Positions 7,651 to 15,302 of a stretch of DNA of 21,553 nucleotides are shown here, piece after piece. The notes beneath the pieces were generated by a model that was given only the letters and a program-made list of their open reading frames with translations, made no database searches and was not told where the DNA came from. Source of the stretch: Thermoproteota archaeon (GTDB lineage: Archaea; Thermoproteota; Thermoprotei; Gearchaeales; Gearchaeaceae); assembly GCA_032249315.1 (NCBI GenBank), contig JAVVGB010000016.1, forward strand, positions 1 to 21,553, in the 5' to 3' direction. How positions within the stretch are numbered: position 1 is the first letter of the stretch; every line of letters begins with the position of its first letter. A program made the position numbers and the translations under genes.

Positions 7651-8395
7651 TAAAGTGTTCTATTATTGTTTTTAATTTGTTTACATCTTCTATAGCTAGC
7701 CTTCCTATTGATATATAGTCGCTACCTCTCCTTAAAAATAAGTTAGCTGTGTCAATATCACGAATGGAATTTCCGCCTATTATGGTAATATCTTTGTTTT
7801 GATTCCTTATTCTTTCTATGACATTTATATCAGGTAAATTTAAATAAGGATGCATAGCATCTATATGAAATATTTTTACCCCAATTTCTTTGAATAATTT
7901 AACTAATCTGAGTTCATTAGTAACATTGGCTCTAAATTTGATAATTAAAGGAATATTAACTTTGTCTAAATGTTTTTCCAGCCAGTCTAATAATAATGCA
8001 GGATAAAATGCAAAATATTGCCCCCCTCCCCTTAAAATTATCTCGGGCTGTCTACAATGAAGATTTAATTCAATAATATCTCCATATTTATTAGATATCT
8101 CAATTGCTCTTAATAATCCTTCTTCTGTAGCAAATCTTGCGTTTATTATAACAGGGGCTAAACCTTCTATTATCTTTACCTCATTCTCTATATATTCTTC
8201 TAATTTATTCAGCTCTATTACAAATTCTTTTCTTCCTCTTTTAACCATTAACATAGAAGCTTCCATTGTTTCTCTATCAAAATCTATTCCTCCTAAGGTA
8301 ACAGCTCCTGCACCTAATTCTGCAACCTTTCTACAGAATTTTCCATCTGTTATCCCTCCTAACGCAGCCAATATAACCTTGTTTTTTAATCTCAT
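7634..8395 (-). CDS. Dus/dihydroorotate-dehydrogenase-like FMN TIM-barrel oxidoreductase, barrel only (function unassigned)
   Basis: Collinear with the Dus family: VILAALGGITDGKFCRKV (cf. LAPMAGvTD..FR), IIELNLHCRQPE (cf. iDiNmGCP, Cys retained), PLIIKFRAN (cf. PvtvKiR), and IIGGNSIRD...ISIGRLAIED (cf. NGdI...vMiGRgal.nP). At only 253 aa there is no C-terminal helical tRNA-binding domain. Confidence 0.6.
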   Translation of the reverse strand: MRLKNKVILAALGGITDGKFCRKVAELGAGAVTLGGIDFDRETMEASMLMVKRGRKEFVIELNKLEEYIENEVKIIEGLAPVIINARFATEEGLLRAIEISNKYGDIIELNLHCRQPEIILRGGGQYFAFYPALLLDWLEKHLDKVNIPLIIKFRANVTNELRLVKLFKEIGVKIFHIDAMHPYLNLPDINVIERIRNQNKDITIIGGNSIRDIDTANLFLRRGSDYISIGRLAIEDVNKLKTIIEHFNVERT

Positions 8396-9318
8396 TATTT
8401 ATAATAATGTTCTATGATAAATTTAGCTAATCTTATTCTATCTTCTTGGGTTTTTAATGAAATATTAGTTTTAACTAACTCCATATTTAATTTTTCAAGT
8501 CTCTCATCGTCTTCTTTTTCATCTACAATAAAAACATCTATAATATCTTCGTAAAGTTTTGCTACTTGATATGCGCTAACCTCTAAACCTAAACTTTCCA
8601 TTAATTTAGCAGCAGGGCCGCTGAAAGGTGAACCTTTAACAATGGGACTTACAGCAATTTTTTTAGCTTCACTGCTAATTATTATGTTTCGCATTTTAGG
8701 TAAGCTTAATATTGGATTAATGCTTGTAATAGGATTGCTAGGTCCAATAATTATTAATTTAGACTTTAATATTGCTTCTATTGCCTCGTTAGAAATGTTT
8801 GCATTTTCAATATTTTCAAATATGACTGATTTTATTGGCATATTGCCTCTATGCAAAACCCAAAATTCTTGAAAATGTCTTTTTTTAATGCCATCAAATA
8901 TGTATGTAGTAACTTTATCATTTGTCATAGGAATTATTTTGCAATCTATGTTAAGTTTTTCACATAAGAACTTTGTAACTTCTGTTAATTTCATTCCAGA
9001 TTTTAATAAATTAGTTCTTAAAACATGTATGGCTAAGTCCCTATCACCAATATGAAACCATGAATAGGTAGGAACAATTTTAGTTATCATTTCATGAAAG
9101 TTAAAAGTATCATTTTTTATTCCCCATCCTCTTTCTTCATCAAAAATTCCAGCTAAAGTATACATAACTGAGTCAACATCAGGACTTATATGCAATCCGT
9201 AAATTTCTATATCATCTGCAGTATTAACAATTACATTTATTTCTCTTTGAGGAATAACTTTAGCTAAACCATCTATTAGTTTTCTTGACCCAGTACCACC
9301 ACTTAGTACGGTTAGCAA
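8395..9318 (-). CDS. cofD: 2-phospho-L-lactate transferase (LPPG:FO transferase)
   Basis: The N-terminal LTVLSGGTGSRKLIDGL glycine loop, NTADD and IIGPSNPITSINPIL match CofD/FbiA. The start is a TTG at 9318-9316, and no in-frame ATG was found in the 43 nt upstream. Confidence 0.9.
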   Translation of the reverse strand: MLTVLSGGTGSRKLIDGLAKVIPQREINVIVNTADDIEIYGLHISPDVDSVMYTLAGIFDEERGWGIKNDTFNFHEMITKIVPTYSWFHIGDRDLAIHVLRTNLLKSGMKLTEVTKFLCEKLNIDCKIIPMTNDKVTTYIFDGIKKRHFQEFWVLHRGNMPIKSVIFENIENANISNEAIEAILKSKLIIIGPSNPITSINPILSLPKMRNIIISSEAKKIAVSPIVKGSPFSGPAAKLMESLGLEVSAYQVAKLYEDIIDVFIVDEKEDDERLEKLNMELVKTNISLKTQEDRIRLAKFIIEHYYK

Positions 9319-9361
9319 TTTCTTATTATTTTTATATTTTATAACCTTAAGAATATTTAAT
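9319..9361. promoter_or_regulatory. 43-bp bidirectional promoter region between cofD (-) and the rhomboid gene (+)
   Basis: This is the whole intergenic space, and it is almost pure A/T. The element TTTTATATTTTATAA (9329-9343) lies about 20-30 nt from both divergent start codons. Confidence 0.4.
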
Positions 9362-10039
9362 ATGTTAAGTGGAAGAGGATTTTTAAGTAGTCATACAAAT
9401 AAGCTTATTTTAGCTAATGTTTTGGTGTTTATTTTTATAATAGTTACATACAATCTTATATCTGTTTATTTTGGCAAAAGACTCTATTATGCAACTTCTC
9501 CTTTAGATATAATTACAGGAAGAAGCATGTCTGGGCTACAATTCCTTCTTTCCCAAGTAAATTATCTCGTTATTAATGGTTTTGTATGGCAGTTGTTTAC
9601 TTCAATGTTTATTCATATAGGTATAATTCATTTAACGTTTAACATGCTCGCACTTTACATTTTTGGGAACATGGTAGAGAATGGATATGGCAAAAGGAAT
9701 TTTTTACTAATATATTTTATCTCAGGATTTTCTGGAAATATAGCTACTTTATTTCTTCTTAAATATCTTCAACCTATGGGTGATTTTATTCCTTCTGCAG
9801 GTGCTTCAGGAGCTATTTTTGGTTTAATAGGAGCTTATGCTATGCTAGGAAGATTAAGCGGAAGTTTCGCTGCAGGATTATCTTATGCTATAATTATTTT
9901 CCTTTTTTCTTCATTATTTCCTGGTGTAAATATTTTTGCTCATCTCTTTGGTTTATTAGGAGGATTAATTGTAGCTTTTTTCTTAACTAGAAAATTAAGA
10001 AAGCATGAAGAAATTATTTACGCTATTGATTATTATTAG
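9362..10039 (+). CDS. Rhomboid family intramembrane serine protease
   Basis: WQLFTSMFIHIGIIHLTFNMLALYIFG, the catalytic Ser in GASGAIFGLIGA, and the catalytic His in AHLFGLLGG. The protein is polytopic. Confidence 0.9.
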   Translation: MLSGRGFLSSHTNKLILANVLVFIFIIVTYNLISVYFGKRLYYATSPLDIITGRSMSGLQFLLSQVNYLVINGFVWQLFTSMFIHIGIIHLTFNMLALYIFGNMVENGYGKRNFLLIYFISGFSGNIATLFLLKYLQPMGDFIPSAGASGAIFGLIGAYAMLGRLSGSFAAGLSYAIIIFLFSSLFPGVNIFAHLFGLLGGLIVAFFLTRKLRKHEEIIYAIDYY

Positions 10040-10955
10040 CATATTTTAAAAAAGATACCATACATTTTAATATAACATAAGCAGCAAATTTTGAAGAATA
10101 TCCTTCATCAAGTATAGGATTTATCTCTACGATATCAATTACTTTAACGTTTTTAATTTTTAGAAGTTCATAAAGTAAATTTATTACCTCATGAGGATAT
10201 AATCCATTAAAACTTAAAGAGTTAACACCTTTTATGTAATGCGCATCAATAACATCGAAATCTATGCTTATATATAGTGATTTCACATCTTCAAAAAATT
10301 CTTTAATTTCTTTTACTACATTTCTTTCCCTTATTTCTTCTACGATGTAGAATTTAATTTTCTCCTTTGCTTTAAGAGCATAATATTTAGAATTGTAAAA
10401 ATCCCTTATTCCTAATTGTGCGACTTTTATATTGTTAACTTTGTCCATTATTTTTCTTAAGAATGAACCGCTTGTATCATAATTTTCTTTTGTTTCTCTT
10501 ATATCGTGATGAGCATCGAAAATTAGTAAGCCTAGCGGGCCTTCTTTAATGTATTCTTTTAATGACAAAAAACTTGGAAATGATATACTATGATCTCCTC
10601 CCAATAATATAGCTAATTTCGATTTTTTGTAGATTTCGTAAGTAGCATTAAATATATGATTAATAGTAAATTCATGGTCTGTATGAGAAACATTAATATC
10701 ACCAAAATCGCATATTTTAAATGAAGCTAAATCTAAATTTTCATAATACGAATATGTATTTAAACTATAAAGATATTCTCTAATGTATTTTGGTGCATAT
10801 CTTGCCCCTGGTCTTCCAAAAGTTAAAGAATCGTAAGGCACGCCTAAAATTGCTACATCGCAATCTTCTCTTGATTTTCTAATTATATGTTTAATTTTTA
10901 TTTCATTTTCATCTATTTTTGATATATCATATACTGGTTCAATAAATACATCCAT
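10023..10955 (-). CDS. speB: Arginase/agmatinase-family ureohydrolase (agmatinase-like)
   Basis: Mn-binding motifs GGDHSISFP, DAHHDIR and SIDFDVID are present. The substrate-loop region after the last motif is divergent, so assigning agmatine as the substrate is tentative. Confidence 0.7.
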   Translation of the reverse strand: MDVFIEPVYDISKIDENEIKIKHIIRKSREDCDVAILGVPYDSLTFGRPGARYAPKYIREYLYSLNTYSYYENLDLASFKICDFGDINVSHTDHEFTINHIFNATYEIYKKSKLAILLGGDHSISFPSFLSLKEYIKEGPLGLLIFDAHHDIRETKENYDTSGSFLRKIMDKVNNIKVAQLGIRDFYNSKYYALKAKEKIKFYIVEEIRERNVVKEIKEFFEDVKSLYISIDFDVIDAHYIKGVNSLSFNGLYPHEVINLLYELLKIKNVKVIDIVEINPILDEGYSSKFAAYVILKCMVSFLKYANNNQ

Positions 10956-10999
10956 AAAATTATTTCTTTTTGAAACTTATAACTCCTAAAGCTTGAAAA

Positions 11000-11251
11000 T
11001 TAGCTTGAATCTAACTCTTTTTCCATATCTTCTTTAATTTTAATAATTTTTTCATAAAGTATATTAAGCATTAGTTCACTTGAAAGAGGAGGCTCTACAC
11101 GATCAACGTTTTCTATAAATCTATGAATATCTTCTATTTCTTTTGATACTGTTTTACCATTTTTTGATAAAACAAGAACCAAAGTTCCTTTAGGTGTTAA
11201 ATAAACTTTATCAAAACCAAATATTTCTTCTAAAAACTTTAACTCTTGCAT
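11000..11251 (-). CDS. Hypothetical small protein (83 aa)
   Basis: An ATG-initiated ORF lies 4 nt downstream of the frhB-like stop on the same strand, and its codon and amino-acid usage match the neighbouring genes. I recognise no motif. Confidence 0.45.
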   Translation of the reverse strand: MQELKFLEEIFGFDKVYLTPKGTLVLVLSKNGKTVSKEIEDIHRFIENVDRVEPPLSSELMLNILYEKIIKIKEDMEKELDSS

Positions 11252-11255
11252 TATA

Positions 11256-12326
11256 TTACTGCATTAGTTTGCTAAGCTGGAAAGAATGCCCTCTAAATTT
11301 TTGTTCAATTGCTCTTTTTGCAACAAATTTAACCTTTGGTTTCTCAGTGCTTTTTACTATTTTACCCGCTCTTAAAGCACTTTCGATTAACTGTTTTCCA
11401 ACTTGAGATCTAATTATTGCAAAATTCCATCCATCCGGTGCACCATTTGCACCTAAGGATATATCACTAGCTTCAGCTGTAAAATCTCTGCAAACATAAC
11501 ATGAGCCAAAAACAGCTTCTTCTAATTCATCAATATGAATTTTTTTCACTTCACCATTTTTCAACCTAAATATTACATTCCTTTTTACAAGAATGTTATT
11601 AACATCCTTAGGTTCAATGTTTAGTTTTTCCTTTGCTATTCTAAAGAATTCTTCTCTTCTCCACGTTTTTGAACAAAATAATCCTAATGTTAAAGCTACT
11701 TTTCCTTTAAATTTTGGAACTCTTTCTGTTAATTTTGCAGCTGCAGTTTGGCATCCTGTTCCTACAATAGCTATTTTATTTAATCTTAATTTATCTATAG
11801 CAGTTCTTAAAGGAGTTACCATTGGAACATGCCAATATATTGTTTGTGAATATTTCCTTAATTCTTTAGGATCTGTTACAATTACTGCTTTAGCATACCA
11901 TTCTTCATCTTTTGTAGCTACTATTGCACCATCAATTAAGCCTATTTCAAAAGCATGTTCTAATAATGCAGTTGTAACACCACCATCTGTTGCATTTTTC
12001 CAAAGTTCATGTTCAGCAGCTTTATATATACCATATTCAATGTAATCACCTAGAGGTTTATCTATGGGAGCTTCGTAAGGATTTACCACAGGACATGCTA
12101 ATGGACAAAGTTGACATAAAATACATACACCTATTAACTGAGCTCCTTCAGAACTTCTTTCATCTACTTCTAATACTTGAGGCGGACATACTGCAACACA
12201 ACCGCCACATAAGCAACATAGATCAGGTTTTACAACAAAAGCTGCTAGATCCCCAAATGTCAATATTTTAGTAGTTGATAAATTAGGTCTATAAATATCA
12301 GGTGAACGTATTTCTACTTTTGACAT
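11256..12326 (-). CDS. Coenzyme F420 hydrogenase/dehydrogenase beta-subunit family protein (FrhB/FdhB-like) with an N-terminal 2x[4Fe-4S] ferredoxin domain
   Basis: Two ferredoxin Cys clusters (CCLCGGCVAVCP and CILCQLCPLACP) are followed by the FrhB_FdhB N-domain motif ATDGGVTTALLEHAFEIGLIDGAIV. The C-domain motifs are IVGTGCQ, LGLFCS and CYVCRDFTAEASDISLG. Confidence 0.8.
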   Translation of the reverse strand: MSKVEIRSPDIYRPNLSTTKILTFGDLAAFVVKPDLCCLCGGCVAVCPPQVLEVDERSSEGAQLIGVCILCQLCPLACPVVNPYEAPIDKPLGDYIEYGIYKAAEHELWKNATDGGVTTALLEHAFEIGLIDGAIVATKDEEWYAKAVIVTDPKELRKYSQTIYWHVPMVTPLRTAIDKLRLNKIAIVGTGCQTAAAKLTERVPKFKGKVALTLGLFCSKTWRREEFFRIAKEKLNIEPKDVNNILVKRNVIFRLKNGEVKKIHIDELEEAVFGSCYVCRDFTAEASDISLGANGAPDGWNFAIIRSQVGKQLIESALRAGKIVKSTEKPKVKFVAKRAIEQKFRGHSFQLSKLMQ

Positions 12327-12366
12327 ACAATTTCTTCTTCTTTCAAAGAACTTATAAGTTTATCTC

Positions 12367-12393
12367 TTATATAAATTAAAAAAATTTATATAA
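12367..12393. promoter_or_regulatory. Mirrored TATA boxes (11-5-11 perfect inverted repeat) between the frhB-like gene (-) and pckG (+)
   Basis: TTATATAAATT aaaaa AATTTATATAA. The right arm is 27-37 nt upstream of the pckG ATG (12420). The left arm is 41-51 nt upstream of the frhB-like ATG (12326). Confidence 0.45.
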
Positions 12394-12419
12394 TATAAAA
12401 TAATTTTATTTTTCATTCA

Positions 12420-14183
12420 ATGGCAGTAATTCTTGAAGAAGCGAAGGGATTAAATAAAGAATTAATAAAATGGGTTAAAGAAGTTGCTGAAATTACCGAA
12501 CCTGATGAAATATTAATTTGTGATGGTTCGGATGAGGAATTTAATTATTTGATTAATATTTTGTTAAAGGAAGGAAGTTTAATAAAGTTAAACGAAGAAA
12601 AATATCCAGGATGTTATCTTTACAGAAGTGCTCCTTTTGATGTAGCTAGAACCGAAGAAGCTACTTATATATGTACTAAAAAGAAAGAAGAAGCTGGTCC
12701 AAACAATAATTGGATGGAACCAAATGAAGCAAAAAGTAAGCTGTTTAAATTGTTAAAAGGTTGCATGAGAGGAAGAAAAATGTTTGTTGTACCTTACATC
12801 TTAGGTCCTGTTTCATCAAAATATTCACAAATAGGTGTTGAAATAACCGATAGTCCTTATGTTGTAATAAATTTGAGATTCTTAACAAGGATGGGTAAAA
12901 TAGCTTTGGAAAAAATAAATGAAACAAACAATTTTGTAAAAGGAATTCATTCTATGGGCAATTTAGATCCTAAAAATAAATACATATGCCATTTTCCTGA
13001 AGAAATGCTAATAATAAGCATAAATTCAAATTATGGAGGAAATTCTTTATTAAGTAAAAAATGTCATTCATTAAGGTTGGCAAGCTTTCAAGCAAGGAAA
13101 GAAAAATGGATGGCTGAGCATATGCTTGTAATAGGATTGGAAAATCCTGAAGGAGAAATAATATATATTACTGCAGCATTTCCTAGTGCAAGCGGAAAAA
13201 CAAACTTAGCAACTTTATCTCCTTCAGGTAAATATTCAGATTGGAAAATATGGTTAATAAGTGATGATATAGCTTGGATGTATGTTGGTAATGATGGAAG
13301 ACTTTATGCAATAAATCCTGAATATGGTTTCTTTGGTGTAGTTGTTGGTATAAATGAAAAAGTAACACCAAATTTAATGAAAACTATAAGTAAAAATACG
13401 ATATTTACAAATGTTGCGCTAACTAAAGATTTAACTCCTTGGTGGGAAGGTCTTGGAGAATATCCAGAGGAATTATTAGATTGGCAAGGTAAACCGTGGA
13501 AAAAGGGAAAGCCTGCTGCTCATCCAAATTCAAGATTTACAACATATTTAAAGCAATATCCTTATATTTCACCTTACTTTGAAGATCCAAACGGTGTTCC
13601 GGTATCTGTTATACTTTTTGGAGGAAGAAGAAGTAAAACTATTCCTTTAGTATTTGAAACTTTTAGCTGGGAACATGGTGTTTTAGCTGGTGCTATGATG
13701 CGTGTTGAAACTACAGCTGCTGCTGAAGGTGAAGTTGGAAGATTGAGAAATGACCCTATGGCAATGTTGCCTTTCTGTGGCTATAATATAGGAGATTATT
13801 TTGCTCATTGGCTAGAAATGGGTGAAAGAATCAAACATAAACCAAGAATTTTCTATGTTAATTGGTTTAGAAAAAATGAAAAAGGTAAATTCATTTGGCC
13901 AGGTTTTAATGAAAATATTAGAGTTTTAAAATGGATATGGGATAGGATAAAAGGAAAAGTTGGCGCTGAAAAAACACCTATTGGATATATTCCAAGGAAG
14001 GAAGATTTTGATTTTGAAGGTTTAAATCTTAAAGATGAAGATATTAATGAGTTATTTAAAATAGATAAAAATGAATGGATAAAAGAATTTATGGAAGCGA
14101 AAAAGTTTTTTGAAAAATTCGGTAATAGATTTCCTAAAAAATTATGGGATATATTCTACGAAATATTGGAAAATCTTAAATGA
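12420..14183 (+). CDS. pckG: Phosphoenolpyruvate carboxykinase (GTP)
   Basis: GTP-PEPCK hallmarks across the full length: GPNNNW, the P-loop AAFPSASGKTNLA, DDIAWM, NPEYGFFGV, HPNSRFT, LFGGRR and VNWFRK. Length is 587 aa. Confidence 0.92.
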   Translation: MAVILEEAKGLNKELIKWVKEVAEITEPDEILICDGSDEEFNYLINILLKEGSLIKLNEEKYPGCYLYRSAPFDVARTEEATYICTKKKEEAGPNNNWMEPNEAKSKLFKLLKGCMRGRKMFVVPYILGPVSSKYSQIGVEITDSPYVVINLRFLTRMGKIALEKINETNNFVKGIHSMGNLDPKNKYICHFPEEMLIISINSNYGGNSLLSKKCHSLRLASFQARKEKWMAEHMLVIGLENPEGEIIYITAAFPSASGKTNLATLSPSGKYSDWKIWLISDDIAWMYVGNDGRLYAINPEYGFFGVVVGINEKVTPNLMKTISKNTIFTNVALTKDLTPWWEGLGEYPEELLDWQGKPWKKGKPAAHPNSRFTTYLKQYPYISPYFEDPNGVPVSVILFGGRRSKTIPLVFETFSWEHGVLAGAMMRVETTAAAEGEVGRLRNDPMAMLPFCGYNIGDYFAHWLEMGERIKHKPRIFYVNWFRKNEKGKFIWPGFNENIRVLKWIWDRIKGKVGAEKTPIGYIPRKEDFDFEGLNLKDEDINELFKIDKNEWIKEFMEAKKFFEKFGNRFPKKLWDIFYEILENLK

Positions 14184-14683
14184 AAATAGAAAATCTTGTA
14201 GATTTTTTGCTAGAAGTTTATAAATTAAAAGAAATAAAGAGAAAAGGTTGGATAGTTAAAGTAAACATTAACGAAGCTGAAAGTGTTGCAAGCCATACTT
14301 TTGGAATGTTACTTTTAGCTTCGATAATCTATAACAAGTCTGATTTAATGAAGAATATATCTTTGCACGATATTGCTGAGATAAAGATAGGAGATTTGCT
14401 TCCAGAGGAAAAAGATAAAGAACTGGAGAAAAAAGTGTATGAAGAGATTGTTAAAAATGTAGCAAAAGATTGGAATTTACCTAAGAGTTTAGATGAAATA
14501 TTTAGATTAGAGAAAATTAAGGAACTAGATAGATTAGATATGGCTTTGCAAGCTCTTTATTATAAAGAAAAAGGCTATCCTAAAGAAAAGCTCAGAGAGT
14601 TTATTGTTTCAGCAGAAAAGGAAATCAAAAGTAAGGAGTTAAAAGAGATATTAGAAGAAATAAAGAAAAGATTTGAGAAATAA
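14180..14683 (+). CDS. HD-domain phosphohydrolase (YfbR/HDDC2-like 5'-deoxynucleotidase family)
   Basis: LKEIKRKGW, ESVASHTFGMLLLA and LHDIAEIKIGDL supply the H...HD...D metal ligands of the YfbR-like HD family. The start ATG overlaps the pckG stop (ATGA). Confidence 0.75.
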   Translation: MKIENLVDFLLEVYKLKEIKRKGWIVKVNINEAESVASHTFGMLLLASIIYNKSDLMKNISLHDIAEIKIGDLLPEEKDKELEKKVYEEIVKNVAKDWNLPKSLDEIFRLEKIKELDRLDMALQALYYKEKGYPKEKLREFIVSAEKEIKSKELKEILEEIKKRFEK

Positions 14684-14688
14684 ATTTC

Positions 14689-15302
14689 ATGGAAAAAATT
14701 AAAATCTTTGATTTATCTCATTTTGATATTCATAAAATCTTTCAAGAGCTAAAAGAAATAGGTGCTACTTCGTTTAAGTTGCTTAGGGATGATTTCAGAA
14801 CTCTTCTCTATAACGAAGCATTAAATTTTAATTATAAAAAAGAGCCAGAGGAAGTTAATGCTAAAAAATATGTTGTAAAAATGGAAGTTGAATCATGCAC
14901 AAATTTTCCTAATAAGAGTTTATTTTATACATTAAAGGAAACATTTCAGAATTTTATGATCAATGAATTTAAAAAAGTTGGCGAAGAAATTTTCGAAACT
15001 CCCTTAAATTTTAATTCGATGATTCTTCTTAGGTATCCCAAAGGTTCAATAGGAATTTCTCCTCATCAAGATAATCCTAAATACATCAATTTGATTTGCA
15101 TTTTTGTAATAAAAGGTAAAGGCAAATTCTTTATCTGCAAAAATGAAAAGGGGACGATGCTATAGAAATAAGCTCGAATGAAGGTAACGTTATAATTCTT
15201 AGAGCACCAGGGTTTTTAAAATCAAAGCAAAGACCCTTTCATTTTGTAAAGGATATTGAAGAAGAAAGATATACCTTTAGTTTAAGACAGGAAAAGCTTT
15301 AA
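14689..15302 (+). pseudogene. 2OG-Fe(II) oxygenase superfamily gene interrupted by a -1 frame change (pseudogene, homopolymer sequencing error, or recoding)
   Basis: The frame-1 ORF 14689-15165 carries LLRYPKGSIGISPHQD (the HxD ligands) and then stops. The reading frame one base back, open from 15150 to the stop at 15300-15302, continues as GDDAIEISSNEGNVIILRAPGF..RPFHFV..ERYTFSLRQ. That supplies the distal His and the RxS 2OG-binding motif at normal spacing. The junction lies in gaAAAGGGGac (15146-15153). Confidence 0.7.

Noticed and set aside
12420-14183. PEPCK as a dedicated PEP supplier for the cof operon.
   Set aside because: It lies 3 kb from the operon, on the opposite strand and in a different transcription unit. 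PEP is also a central metabolite. I mention it only as context under the Dus-like finding, not as evidence.
15172-15205. A possible frameshift-stimulating stem-loop downstream of the A AAG GGG heptamer (GCTC...GAGC).
   Set aside because: Only about 4 bp of complementarity with a long A/T-rich loop. It is too weak to count as a stimulatory structure without folding calculations.
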